From an uncultured cyanobacterium (GTDB lineage: Bacteria > Cyanobacteriota > Cyanobacteriia > Cyanobacteriales > Nostocaceae), in assembly GCA_963740315.1 (NCBI GenBank), contig CAVUDP010000001.1, positions 32,001 through 96,000 on the forward strand: a stretch of DNA of 64,000 nucleotides. The letters are read 5' to 3'. The position numbers and the translations under genes are program-made. Position 1 is the stretch's first letter. Every line of letters begins with the position of its first letter. Shown piece after piece: positions 10,601-20,554 of the stretch. Below the pieces are notes generated by a model. That model ran no database searches and was not told the origin of the DNA. It worked only from the letters and a program-made list of their open reading frames with translations.

Positions 10601-11188
10601 GGTCAAGGGATTATTCGAGCCGTTGTATTTAGCCCAGACGGTAATATAATCGCTTCGGCAGGTAAAGACAAAACGATTAAATTATGGAACAGGCAAGGTA
10701 GATTATTAAAAGTTTTAAAAGGTCATAACGACACTATTACAGCAATTGCATTTAGTCGAGATGGTAAAACAATTGCTTCTGCTAGTTTAGATAAAACTAT
10801 TAAACTTTGGAATCCGGAAGGTAAGTTAATTCAAACTTTGCAAGGACACAATACCGATGTTAGAGGAGTTGCGTTTCTTTCTACTCCTTCAAATTATATA
10901 ATTGCTTCGGCTGGTGGTGACAGCACTGTTAAATTGTGGAATACAAACGGAATAATCGCGACTTTGGAAGGGCATAGTGGTGCTGTATGGGATGTCGAAT
11001 TTACAAACGACGGCAAAACCCTTGTTTCTGGAAGCGAAGACAATACTTTGATGCTGTGGAATTTACCGCTAGTTATAGATAGCGATCGCGTACTTACCTA
11101 CGCTTGCAATTTAATCGGCGATTATTTGCAAAACAGTGCAGAAGTTACTCCTGAAGATAGGCATTTGTGTGACGGTAATAAGGATTGA
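7691..11188 (+). CDS. AAA-like (AAA_35-type STAND-related) NTPase with TM helix and ~14 WD40 repeats
   Basis: YQIGGSL, SRQMGKSS (Walker A), IIFIDEID (Walker B), TPFNIG, WTNGQPFLTQKLC, then repeated GH...V.FSPDG..IASAS.D.TIKLW. Confidence 0.9.
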   Translation: MTSINDVNDLKTIDYQYQIGGSLGNDAACYVVRQADKELYLALSAGEFCYVLNSRQMGKSSIMVRTSHILRQEGYQCTTLDMSCIGSEQVTHTQWYKGVVAELWRGFHLYGKFNLKSWWREEEDISVLQRLSHFIEDVLLVQFPQDKIIIFIDEIDSILSLDFPVDDLFALIRFCYNQRTLNPEYHRLTFAIFGVATPSDLIADKNRTPFNIGKPIQLRGFNLEEAQPLVKGLEGKVSNPQAIFKQILAWTNGQPFLTQKLCKMVNSGEWICTEADDKSNVEIDRLVKTRIIHNWQSQDEPEHLRTIRDRILQQQKAGRLLGIYQQVLQGVAVEADISNEQTELFLSGLVIKENNYLKVKNRIYAEVFDLSWVANQLTLLRPYSQAFDAWIASNQTDSSRLMRGQALKDAKKWTQGKSLSDLDYQFLTASEEFDHQEAQQHLEAQRLKEVEARLKAESKSAKRLNSLLFVVSSALVIVSILAGTTYIAYRQSKLNEIKATATSSEALFALEKRLDALVQALRANKKIKELGIVDSQTKTEVKTVLRRAIFTAVEQNRITGIDTQVWDVAFSPDGKIIATANRDNTVQLWHRNGKEIATLKGHQGAIKSVNFSPDGRFLASTSRDATIKIWNRKGTLLKTLTGHQDVVLKAIFSPNRKTIASASQDKTIKIWSIDGELLRSFKAHENWIIDISFSPDGRTIASGSLDNTMKLWNIKGELLRTFKADKVVWTVDFSPDGKTIASGGADNTIKLWRVEDGKLINTLKSHLVGVWKVAFSPDGKTIASASWDKTIKLWNTDGVLLKTLKGHNGRIRGLAWSPDGNTIASSSEDKTIRFWNLNNALVKTIYGHTNAVIPVAVSSNGKMIASASDDGSVKLWSRNGKLIQTLKGYEQGVLGVAFSPNNQIIASAGNDTTIKLWTIAGKELHTLKGHLAPVWSVNFSPDGNTLISGSEDGTVKFWNIDGNLLKTINTGQGIIRAVVFSPDGNIIASAGKDKTIKLWNRQGRLLKVLKGHNDTITAIAFSRDGKTIASASLDKTIKLWNPEGKLIQTLQGHNTDVRGVAFLSTPSNYIIASAGGDSTVKLWNTNGIIATLEGHSGAVWDVEFTNDGKTLVSGSEDNTLMLWNLPLVIDSDRVLTYACNLIGDYLQNSAEVTPEDRHLCDGNKD

Positions 11189-11292
11189 AGCAACAACACA
11201 AATAAACAAATAGTTTTTATTAAACTTTCGATATACATTCATTAGCCTTAGCATAGCTACGATCGAAGATGGAAGTTACTAAGGAAAATATT

Positions 11293-12375
11293 ATGACTCG
11301 CATCGCATCCGTACCCGATTTTATCGAATCTCTGTTGGGCAACGAAGCCAAAGATTTGCTTACCTACAAAGCGAAAGTTTCTCAGGATATGCTACACCTA
11401 CCGTCTGCCGATTTTGTAGACAGAGTTTGGAGTCTGAGCGATCGCAATCCTCAAGTGTTGCGTAATCTGCAAGCGCTGTACTCTACGGGAAGATTAGCAA
11501 ATACGGGTTATCTGTCAATTTTACCCGTGGATCAAGGTATCGAACATTCAGCAGGGGCTTCCTTTGCACCAAACCCGATGTATTTCGATCCCGAAAATAT
11601 TGTTAAATTGGCGATCGAAGCCGGTTGTAATGCCGTCGCTTCAACCTTGGGAGTATTAGCGATCGTTTCCCGTAAATATGCTCATAAAATTCCTTTTATT
11701 GTGAAAATAAATCACAACGAATTATTGAGCGTTCCCAATGCCTACGACCAAATTATGTTCGGTGATGTAGAACAAGCTTGGAATTTAGGTGCTGCTGCTG
11801 TAGGTGCAACAATTTACTTTGGTTCGGAAAACTCCACAAGACAAATTCAGGAAGTTAGTAAAGCTTTCAAACGCGCTCACGAATTGGGAATGGTAACTAT
11901 CTTGTGGTGCTATTTGCGTAACAATGCTTTTAAGCAAGATAAAGATTATCATCTCTCCGCCGATTTATCATCTCAAGCAAATCATTTGGGGGTGACGATC
12001 GAAGCCGATATTATTAAACAAAAACTGCCCGAAAATAACAACGGATACGGTGCAGTTGCCAAAGCGATCGGTCAAAGTTACGGAAAAACTAATGAAAAAG
12101 TTTATACCGAATTAACCACAGACCACCCCATCGATTTAACTCGCTATCAAGTATTAAATTGTTACTGCGGGCGTGCGGGATTAATTAATTCCGGTGGTGC
12201 ATCTGGTAAAAATGATTTTGCCGAAGCTGTACGTACCGCGATCGTCAACAAACGCGCTGGTGGAACTGGGTTAATTTCCGGACGTAAAGCATTTCAACGT
12301 CCTTTTGAAGATGGTGTCAAATTATTCCACACCATTCAGGATGTTTACTTATCTAAAGATGTAACGATCGCTTAA
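11293..12375 (+). CDS. fbaB: Class I fructose-bisphosphate aldolase (FbaB/DhnA type)
   Basis: [40 protein letters not shown] ribosome-binding site before ATG 11293. Confidence 0.93.
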   Translation: MTRIASVPDFIESLLGNEAKDLLTYKAKVSQDMLHLPSADFVDRVWSLSDRNPQVLRNLQALYSTGRLANTGYLSILPVDQGIEHSAGASFAPNPMYFDPENIVKLAIEAGCNAVASTLGVLAIVSRKYAHKIPFIVKINHNELLSVPNAYDQIMFGDVEQAWNLGAAAVGATIYFGSENSTRQIQEVSKAFKRAHELGMVTILWCYLRNNAFKQDKDYHLSADLSSQANHLGVTIEADIIKQKLPENNNGYGAVAKAIGQSYGKTNEKVYTELTTDHPIDLTRYQVLNCYCGRAGLINSGGASGKNDFAEAVRTAIVNKRAGGTGLISGRKAFQRPFEDGVKLFHTIQDVYLSKDVTIA

Positions 12376-12421
12376 GCGTTTTACATGAAGCCCCCTTTTT
12401 TAGGGGGTAAAAAATCTTCAT

Positions 12422-14250
12422 CTAATTTTCCGCAGGTGCTGATTCGACTTTCTCCACTAACTCTGCTTTTCCCCCATCCAACTTAGGCAGACTTTTTTTA
12501 GTATTTTCAACAGCTTCCTGGAATAAAGGTTCAACTTTTTTACGCCAATAACTAATATCTGGTAAATTTTGCGGATTTTTTTGATAATCCTGGACTTTAT
12601 CCCATTTACGTTCAGAAATTGCCGTATTTACATCATTGAAGAAACCTTCGGCTTTAGTCCAATCTTTTTGCCATCGATCGATCATTTCTTGCCCTTCTTT
12701 GATGCGCTTGTCATTGGGAGCAAGAGCTTCTAAAATGGCGATCGCACCTTTTAAGTCTCCAGATTCGTATTTTTCTCTGGCTTCCTCTACAGAATCGTCT
12801 CGATTGGCGTTTTGGGTTGGCTTAATGTTTTCTTCGTTCTTTATAACTGGTGGCTCTTGTACCGGAGTTGCAATCAATCCGCTGTCTTCAACGGTTTTAA
12901 CAGCAATATTTTTATCTCGCAGACAAGTAACCCATTCTTCTCGATTTTTAATTACATCGGAGTGTGCCCAACCAGAATCGTCTCGATTGATTTTAAGCTC
13001 TACCCAACCAAGTTTTGTCCGCTTGCCAGTCACCTCAAGCCGAGTATCTTTAGCTACTGTTTTTACAATATTTTTTTCAGTAAAAGTACTTGGTTCAGAA
13101 CGCACGTTGGAATTAGCCGCAACTATCGCCGCACAGTTTCGGGTCGCAGCACCAGTAAAGTCATTTGCAAAGTTATTTACATTACTAACTATAGCGGGAG
13201 TCGCAGCAGCAGCACCGCCAACTAAACCTAATAAAATTAATATTTGCAAAAAGTCGGGACCTTTGGAGGCACGAGGAATCTGGTGCCCTACTGGTTGTGC
13301 TTGTGTCTCCTGACGGGGATGAGAAGGCGCAACAGCAATAGTTAATACGCGAGAATTTAGGGCAGAATGGGACGGATTTGATTGAGGTCGCAGTTGGGGG
13401 TATTGTTGAGGTTCAACATCCGCAAATAAATGCATTGCCTCTAGGGCTTCGCTGGCACTTTGGTAGCGCTCTTTAAAGTGATAGCGCACCATTCTATTCA
13501 ATACCTCAGCCAATTCGGGGCTTATAGATGCTGAATCTTCCCAGATTAATTCTCCCGTATGGGGGTCTTCCGGTAAATCCATTGGTCCGACTCCCGTCAG
13601 CGCCTGAATTGCAATAATTCCCAGAGAATAAAGATCGCTATTATGGCGGGGTTGCCTTGCCCTTGTTCTGTGGGCATATAGCCAGGAGTCCCAATTGCTA
13701 CGGTAGCAGAAGGGTTTTCCATGTTGTGCAGCGAACCCAAACCATAAGAAGCTCGTAATCTTTTGACAGCACCAAAATCAACTAAAACTAATTTACCGTC
13801 ACTGTAACGACGAATGATATTATCAGGTTTAATATCGCGGTGAATTACACCTTCGCTGTGAACAAATGCGAGAATGGAAAGAATCGAAAGCAACATTTGA
13901 GTTACTTGAGCTTCATTCCAACGTTCTCCAGGAACTAATTCATCAGTTAGAGGATGTCCTTCTATAAATTCTTGTACTAAATAAAAATTTTGATTTTCAA
14001 CAAAATAAGCTAATAATCTGGGTATTTGGTCATGATTACCCAATTTTTCCAAAGTTTCGGCTTCACTTTGGAATAAACGTTTCGCAGTTTCAAAAACTTT
14101 AGACTCGGTAGAAGTAGGTTTTAGATGTTTGACAACACAAATAGGATTGCCCGGTCTTTTGGTATCGCGAGCAATATAATTTTCACCAAACCCACCCGTT
14201 GCGAGGACTTTGATAACTTGATAACGATAGTCTAGTAGTTTTCCTATCAT
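12422..14250 (-). pseudogene. Membrane Ser/Thr protein kinase with C-terminal SH3b-like domain, split by a 1-nt frameshift at ~13648-13653
   Basis: Kinase motifs LATGGFG, VVKHL, IHRDIKPDN, VDFG, GTPGYMPTEQ. Adding one base restores G[K/N]PRHNSDLYSLGIIAIQALTG and joins ORF 13597-14250 to ORF 12422-13582. Confidence 0.85.
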
Positions 14251-14413
14251 ATTTCACTCCCCAGTGTTAACACCCAACGAATGCGGGACGTACTAAATAT
14301 CTCCATATATACTGTGACTATATCCGCTTTACTTGAAAAAACATTTGAGTAGAAATCGCAGTATATTAACGTCTACACATTGTTTATATTGATTTCAACA
14401 TTTTTTTATAACA

Positions 14414-14899
14414 ATGCCACCTAAAATAACAAACTCAGTAGCATGGCAGCAGGCAGAATTACTGATGCAACCAACATTTATTCGCGTTGTCGATAACGTT
14501 CGTAAGCTACTTGACAATTCTTCCTGGAAAGGAACTTATCATGACGTACTGATTTGGTCTGCTGCCACAAGCGATGAAACTAAAGCGATAGTTACTCGAC
14601 TGGTGCAAGGACTTGAAACTGCAACACCCGAACAAGCCGAGCAGATCCGAGAAACATTAGCCAAACTGCCAACGCCCCATCCAGGATATCATCTGTGCTT
14701 GCAGCGTCAAGAGCAGCAAGTAAATGTGGATTTATGGGAGCTATGCTACCGGGTATGTTTTGTTGAATACACTCTCAGTGATGATACAGTTGATATAGAT
14801 ACTAGTTTACTAGATGAAACTGGTAATGTGGAATGGAATTTGTTAGATATTAAGGCAAAGCTTGTTGTTGAGGAGATGTTTGCTAGTTTACCCGAATAG
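14414..14899 (+). CDS. Conserved cyanobacterial hypothetical protein
   Basis: 161-aa ORF; WQQAELLMQPTFIRVVDN and VDLWELCYRVCF recalled as conserved cyanobacterial motifs. Confidence 0.7.
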   Translation: MPPKITNSVAWQQAELLMQPTFIRVVDNVRKLLDNSSWKGTYHDVLIWSAATSDETKAIVTRLVQGLETATPEQAEQIRETLAKLPTPHPGYHLCLQRQEQQVNVDLWELCYRVCFVEYTLSDDTVDIDTSLLDETGNVEWNLLDIKAKLVVEEMFASLPE

Positions 14900-14954
14900 G
14901 GCCGAAGGGCATTGCACTATAAACACCTATACAATTTGCCAGTTTTTTACAGCT

Positions 14955-15062
14955 TTGTTCCCAGTCTCCGGCTGGGAATGTATTTCTGAAGGCAGAGCCT
15001 TCTTTATGTATCGGAGGCAGAGCCTCCTCCATCGGCATTCCCAGCCGGAGACTGGGAACGAG
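14955..15062. repeat. MITE-like palindromic element (TCGTTCCCAG..CTGGGAATG family)
   Basis: gttcccagtctccggctgggaatg ... cattcccagccggagactgggaac perfect inverted arms, with internal aggcagagcct duplicates. Confidence 0.8.
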
Positions 15063-15367
15063 AAAAAACGATATTTATTGAAAATTATCTCAGCCGATCG
15101 CTGAAAATTATAGAATCTCTTGTAATTTTGTATTTTATAAATATCTACTTATAAATAGTTTTTTTTTATGAAATGCATAACTTTTAAGATTCACAAATCC
15201 GCTTTTTTGAAAAAATTTATATCAACAAACGCAAACAAACCAGGTTTTATAAAAGTCGAAAGTTGATTTTTTGGTTTAGCGATCGCGCATATTTCCAAAT
15301 TATCGCTTTCGGTGCAAAATATGACTTACATTCATTTGATTTATATCTCAAATCTTGCCCCAGTTTT

Positions 15368-15431
15368 AGAAACCCGGTTTCTTGTCGTGAAAGCGTGAAT
15401 ATCTCTGAAATTAGAAAGAAAACGGGTTTCT
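15368..15431. repeat. AGAAACCCGGTTTCT palindrome pair
   Basis: agaaacccggtttct at 15368 and agaaaacgggtttct near 15417. Confidence 0.6.
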
Positions 15432-15688
15432 TTAGACTTAATGTAAGTTATGTATAACCTCTTCACCAGAACATTTAATTAGATAAAAAACATATCTCAA
15501 GTATTTCTTTAGAGTTAGTAACTGGCGTTAAATCTCCAACCTCCGACTGAAAAACGATCTAGTAATGTCTCCCTAAAGCAGCTGGGAATCCTAAATTGCA
15601 ATTGTTAAATTGATATAGTCCGAGGAACTGCAAATTTTATATTAATATTGATTGGGCAGTTTAAATATTAAATACTGAGGAAAATATT

Positions 15689-16837
15689 ATGAATGAGAAT
15701 AAGCAACCTTTAGACAATCAAGACGAAAATAAGGATTTAAGTCAAGAAGAACAAGAACAACAAGAATCTAGTTCCGGTGGTTCTGGTATTGGTGCAGCAG
15801 TTGCTGGAGCTGCGATTGGTGGTATCTTAGGTGCTAGAAAAGGAATTCTTGGTGCGGTAGCGGGTGCAGCAGCCGGTGCTATGGCTGGTAAAGGTACATC
15901 TGAAGCTGTTGATAAAACTGTAGATGGTGTTGTTGGTGCCGCTCAGACAGTTGCTGATAGTGCAAGTAATACTATCAATACTGTAGGTAATGTGGTAGAA
16001 GATACAGCCGAGGAAGTCAAGCCTTCTATCAAAGGTGTGGTAGATGAAGTTAAGGATACAGTTGAGCAAGCTAAGCCTTCTGTCAAAGGTGTGGTAGATG
16101 AAGTTAAGGATACAGTTGAGCAAGCTAAGCCTTCTGTAGTTGATACCGCTAAAGCTGTGAAGGATACCGTTCAAGAGTCTAAGCCTGCTGTAGTTGATAC
16201 AGTTAAAGCTGTATCGGAAGAAGCGAAACCTGCCGTTAAGAATATTTCTAACTCGGTACAAAGCACGATTGAAGAAACCAAGCCTGCTATCAAGAGCGCT
16301 GCAAACTCCTTGAAAGGTGCAGCAGAAGAAGCAAAACCTGCGATGAGAAGCGTATCGAACTCGGTTAAAGATGCCGTTGAGGAAGTTAAGCCAGCTGTAA
16401 AAGATGCTGCAAGCTCCGTTAAGGGCGCGGTAAATGAAGTCAAAGAAGATGTTAAGCCAGCTGTAAAAGACGCTGCAAACTCTGTTAAGGGTGCAGTTGA
16501 TGATGCTAAATCCACTGCAAAAGATGCTGCTGACTCTGCGAAGAAAGCGGGACAGGATTTAAAGTCTTCTGCCAACAAAGCAGGTGAAGAGCTAAAGTCT
16601 TCTGCAAAAGATGCTGCTGATTCTGCTAAGAGAGCAGGTGAAGATGTTAAATCTTCTGCGAAAGACGCTGTTGATTCTGCGAAAAAAGCAGGTGAAGATG
16701 TCAAGTCTTCTGCAAATGATGCTGCAAAGTCGGTTAAGAATGCAGCTAAAGATAACAACTCTCCTTCAGTAGATAATAAGTTACATGGTACGGAAGTTGC
16801 AGAAGTAGAAATTAAGGACAAGAGAACTAATATCTAA
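15689..16837 (+). CDS. LEA/apolipoprotein-like amphipathic repeat protein with glycine zipper
   Basis: GAAVAGAAIGGILG glycine zipper followed by 18-aa A/K/D/V-rich repeats (KPSVKGVVDEVKDTVEQA; KSSAKDAADSAKKAGEDV). Confidence 0.7.
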   Translation: MNENKQPLDNQDENKDLSQEEQEQQESSSGGSGIGAAVAGAAIGGILGARKGILGAVAGAAAGAMAGKGTSEAVDKTVDGVVGAAQTVADSASNTINTVGNVVEDTAEEVKPSIKGVVDEVKDTVEQAKPSVKGVVDEVKDTVEQAKPSVVDTAKAVKDTVQESKPAVVDTVKAVSEEAKPAVKNISNSVQSTIEETKPAIKSAANSLKGAAEEAKPAMRSVSNSVKDAVEEVKPAVKDAASSVKGAVNEVKEDVKPAVKDAANSVKGAVDDAKSTAKDAADSAKKAGQDLKSSANKAGEELKSSAKDAADSAKRAGEDVKSSAKDAVDSAKKAGEDVKSSANDAAKSVKNAAKDNNSPSVDNKLHGTEVAEVEIKDKRTNI

Positions 16838-16876
16838 TAGTATTTACTGCTTTTATCAGCGTAAAAGCGAAAAATC

Positions 16877-16915
16877 AGATCCCCCCAACCCCCCTTAAGA
16901 AAGGGGGGCTTTTTA
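16877..16915 (+). terminator. Hairpin repeat AGATCCCCCCAACCCCCCTT..AAGGGGGGCTTTT, probable terminator (copies at 29878-29914, 50775-50810, variant at 12390)
   Basis: GC stem followed by a T run just downstream of a stop codon. Confidence 0.55.
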
Positions 16916-17013
16916 TTTTATACAGATAAAGATTTCTTAGCCTTGAAAATCAATTATTCTAAAAGAAATCCAAAACAAACAAAACGCATCCGTTGTTAAA
17001 ATCCAAAATTATT

Positions 17014-18000
17014 ATGTCCGCATCAGCTATTGAAGTATTACAAACAAAAGCCGCAGTCTACGATCGCAGCCACTGGGGACGGATCGAAGTTTCAGATGGC
17101 GATCGTTTGCGTTTTTTGCACAATCAAAGTACAAATGATTTTGAAAAACTTAAGCCGGGGCAAGGATGCGATACAGTTTTCGTCACTTCTACGGCTCGCA
17201 CTATCGATCTAGCAAGTGCCTACGTGACTGAAGATGCAGTGTTGTTGCTGGTTTCTCCCAATCGTCGCGAGTATCTGATGCAGTGGTTGGATAAATATAT
17301 TTTCTTTGCTGATAAGGTACAGTTAACCGATATCACTGAGCAAACCGCAACCTTTAGCATCATAGGTTCTCAAAGCGACGCAATTGTCGAAAAAATGGGC
17401 GCTTCCGAAATTATTGGTAAACCATTAGGTAGCCATATTCCTATCCCCAATTTCAACGGAGATACAAAAAATATTATCGCCGTCGGTAGCGGTTTAGCTT
17501 CACCGGGATATACCTTAATTTTGAATGCAAATAATAAACAAGCAATTTGGCAAAAAATCGTTGAAGCTGGCGCGGTAGAAATCAAAGATAATGATTGGGA
17601 GATGTTACGAATATTACAAGGAAGACCGCAACCAGAAAGCGAACTAACCGATGATTACAATCCTTTAGAAGTTGGCTTATGGCAAACAGTTTCTTTTGAA
17701 AAAGGCTGTTACATAGGACAAGAAACCATCGCCAGATTAAATACTTACAGAGGTGTAAAACAGAACCTTTGGGGAATACATTTAAACGCAGCAGTTGAAC
17801 CGGGAACGGTAATTACAGCAGGAGATGAAAAAGTAGGAAAACTTACTAGCTGTACCCAAGAAGGCGATCGCTATTTTGGATTAGGCTACATTCGCACAAA
17901 AGCCGGTGGAGTTGGTTTAAAAGTGAAAGTAGGAGAAAGCATTGGAGAAGTCGTATCAATCCCATTTGTTTCTCATGAATACCCAAACAGTGAACAGTGA
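17014..18000 (+). CDS. ygfZ: Folate-binding protein YgfZ/GcvT family
   Basis: Signature KGCYIGQETIARL; DRLRFLHNQSTND. Confidence 0.92.
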   Translation: MSASAIEVLQTKAAVYDRSHWGRIEVSDGDRLRFLHNQSTNDFEKLKPGQGCDTVFVTSTARTIDLASAYVTEDAVLLLVSPNRREYLMQWLDKYIFFADKVQLTDITEQTATFSIIGSQSDAIVEKMGASEIIGKPLGSHIPIPNFNGDTKNIIAVGSGLASPGYTLILNANNKQAIWQKIVEAGAVEIKDNDWEMLRILQGRPQPESELTDDYNPLEVGLWQTVSFEKGCYIGQETIARLNTYRGVKQNLWGIHLNAAVEPGTVITAGDEKVGKLTSCTQEGDRYFGLGYIRTKAGGVGLKVKVGESIGEVVSIPFVSHEYPNSEQ

Positions 18001-18119
18001 ACAGTTACCAGTTACCAGTTAGCAGATGAAGAAAGCGGAGGGAGCAATTTCAAATTTTTTAATATCCTCTGCCTCCTCTGCCTCCTCTGCCCATCTCCCC
18101 CCTCTCCCCCATTCCTCAA

Positions 18120-18848
18120 CTAAAAGGTAATAAAAATAGCTTCCTCCTTATCCCAACCAGTACCTTGACAAAATTCATCGATCCAAGAAGCAAGATTTGA
18201 TTTCTTTTTTGATGTTGTTACTTTTTCGGTTTCTTCTGGCGATTTGACAATTTTTCCTTCTTTTGGTTCATCGCACATAGTAAGTAAAGATAAGATTTGT
18301 TGTTCGCTTTCTAATTGCGCGATCGCGGTTTCTTCTGAAATTAATTGAGGTGAGTTTTCTTTAATTAATTCCGAAAAAGTTTTAAATTCTCTTTCTATTG
18401 ATTCTGATGCTGACGTTATTCTTTGTGCAAGAGGAAAATCTAGTTTAGTAATAGTTGAAACTGATGGTGCGGGTTCGTTATTACCGTCTATTTTATCTCT
18501 ATTAAATGTATCGGAAGTCGCTTTATCCCTTTTAACATTGCGATCGACTTGATTTGCAGGCTCGTCTAAATCTTTAATTAAGTGTAATTGCTTGTCGGGA
18601 TTAAAATTAAGACCTAATGCAGCAATAATCTCATCGGGATTGTTATTTAATTCAAGAATAAAGGGAAAAATCTCATCTAGTTTCGGTTCTAAAACAGATA
18701 AAGTTGCTAAAATAAAACCGCTTGAAGGGCGACGATAACCATCATAAGTTCCCCAAATTCGCATTTTTGCCAACCAGGAACGATTTTGATGGTAGTATTT
18801 CACCCATTTTATTTTCAAAGATTCGCGCAGTTGCTGAATATTCATCAT
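18120..18848 (-). CDS. DUF5331-like cyanobacterial protein
   Basis: Conserved N-terminus LKIKWVKYY..NRSWL..RRPSSGFILATLS followed by a low-complexity tail. Confidence 0.65.
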   Translation of the reverse strand: MMNIQQLRESLKIKWVKYYHQNRSWLAKMRIWGTYDGYRRPSSGFILATLSVLEPKLDEIFPFILELNNNPDEIIAALGLNFNPDKQLHLIKDLDEPANQVDRNVKRDKATSDTFNRDKIDGNNEPAPSVSTITKLDFPLAQRITSASESIEREFKTFSELIKENSPQLISEETAIAQLESEQQILSLLTMCDEPKEGKIVKSPEETEKVTTSKKKSNLASWIDEFCQGTGWDKEEAIFITF

Positions 18849-18876
18849 CTATATGCGGACTTTTATAAGCCAAAAA

Positions 18877-19161
18877 TTAACTTTTAACCTGGGAATGAAA
18901 TTTATGGTAAAGCATTTGTTTGACTTTGTTACCACCTAACAAATGTTGTTCTACCACCATTTTGACGAATGATGGACGAACGTTACTATACCAAACCTTT
19001 TCTGGCAAGATTAGTACCATCGGACCATTACCACATTGTCCCAGACAACTGCTACTTATTACCGTTACTTCAGGAACAGGATTCGCTTCAAAAGCTGCTA
19101 ATACTTTAACAGCACCTTGTTTTTTACAAGTACGATTTTGGCAAACTTGAACAGATTTCAT
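18877..19161 (-). CDS. Thioredoxin-like [2Fe-2S] ferredoxin
   Basis: VCQNRTC...CLGQCGNGPMV..LPEKVWY. Confidence 0.88.
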   Translation of the reverse strand: MKSVQVCQNRTCKKQGAVKVLAAFEANPVPEVTVISSSCLGQCGNGPMVLILPEKVWYSNVRPSFVKMVVEQHLLGGNKVKQMLYHKFHSQVKS

Positions 19162-19267
19162 GTTAGTTGATAATAGGTAATAGGTAATTGGTATTTGTTA
19201 TCAATAATTTGTATATCTAAATTGTTACATTTTTAATTCCTAACTCTCAACTTCTAACTTCTAACTC

Positions 19268-20242
19268 TTAACTTATTTCTAATCCTTTTGATTTTAACCA
19301 TTCGGGGTTAAATATACGGGATTGATAACGAGAACCGCTATCGCATAATATTGTCACAATAGTATGTCCGGGTCCCATTTGTTTAGCCAGTGCGATCGCT
19401 GCTCCAACATTGATTCCTGTCGAACCACCCATTAATAAGCCTTCTTTCCGTAGCAATTGATAAACTACCCGCAAAGCTTCTTTGTCATCAACTTGGATGG
19501 CATCATCAATGGGTACGTTTTCCATATTGGCAGTAATGCGGCTGTTTCCAATGCCTTCGGTAATGGAACTACCTTCTGTATTAATTTCGCCGGTTTTAAT
19601 ATAGCTGTAAAGCCCGCTACCTAATGGATCTGCGACAACGCATTTGATATCGGGATTTTTTTCTTTAAGAAACATTGATGCACCTGCGAAAGTACCACCC
19701 GTGCCGGTTGCAGCTACCCAACCATCAACTTTACCATCGGTTTGCGTCCAAATTTCGGGTCCGGTGGTTTCGTAATGGGCTTGACGGTTTGCCAAGTTAT
19801 CAAATTGATTTGCCCAAATCGCGTTTTCCATTTCGGACGCGACTCGACCAGATAATTTTACATAATTGTTGGGGTCTTTGTAAGGTACTGCCGGAACCGG
19901 ACGAACTTCCGCACCCAATGCCCTGAGTGCGTCCATTTTTTCCTGCGATTGGGTTTCGGGAATAATAATTAAACATTTGTAACCTTTGGCATTGCAGATA
20001 TGTGCTAAACCAATACCCGTATTACCCGCAGTTCCTTCGACAACGGTACCACCGGGTTTGAGTAAACCTTTTGCTTCCGCATCTTCAATAATATATAGTG
20101 CCGCTCTATCCTTAACGGAACCACCGGGATTGAGAAATTCCGCTTTACCTAAGATTTCGCATCCCGTTTCTTCACTGAAGCTTTTTAGTCTAATTAACGG
20201 TGTATTTCCGACGGTACCGACAAAGCCGTTTTTGATATCCAT
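19268..20242 (-). CDS. cysK: Cysteine synthase (PLP-dependent)
   Basis: GNTPLI, NPGGSVKDR, EGTAGNTG, GTGGT, ILCDSGSRY. Confidence 0.93.
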   Translation of the reverse strand: MDIKNGFVGTVGNTPLIRLKSFSEETGCEILGKAEFLNPGGSVKDRAALYIIEDAEAKGLLKPGGTVVEGTAGNTGIGLAHICNAKGYKCLIIIPETQSQEKMDALRALGAEVRPVPAVPYKDPNNYVKLSGRVASEMENAIWANQFDNLANRQAHYETTGPEIWTQTDGKVDGWVAATGTGGTFAGASMFLKEKNPDIKCVVADPLGSGLYSYIKTGEINTEGSSITEGIGNSRITANMENVPIDDAIQVDDKEALRVVYQLLRKEGLLMGGSTGINVGAAIALAKQMGPGHTIVTILCDSGSRYQSRIFNPEWLKSKGLEIS

Positions 20243-20410
20243 GTTCAATTTACCAATTTTCTTCTTCACTATAAGAATTTTGGCTTATTACGGTACAAAT
20301 ATTAAGTTTTTTATCGATAATTATTGGTTTTGATTTATATGTAGACTTAAATTTTCCATTCCGATTCTGGAATATCTGCACCTAGTAGTCTGTTTCAAAA
20401 AAAATGCTGG

Positions 20411-20552
20411 GTTAGGGGGAGAGGGGGAAGAGGGGGAAGAGGGGGAAGAGGGGGAAGAGGGGGAGAGGGGGGAGAGGGGGAAGAGGGGGGAGAAAATCAA
20501 CTCCTAACTGGTAACTGGTAACTGGTAACTGGTAACTGCTCACTGCTCACTG
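20411..20552. repeat. G-rich 8-9-mer array (GGGGGAAGA) followed by heptamer arrays
   Basis: Directly visible. Confidence 0.9.
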
Positions 20553-20554
20553 AT

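Noticed and set aside
12636..13313. 225-aa plus-strand ORF
   Set aside because: Antisense to the kinase C-terminal half; no recognisable motifs.
14862..15104. 80-aa ORF
   Set aside because: Runs through a palindromic repeat element and overlaps the upstream gene; no coding signature.
15827..16821. Minus-strand ORFs overlapping the LEA-like gene
   Set aside because: Shadow frames of a repetitive coding sequence.
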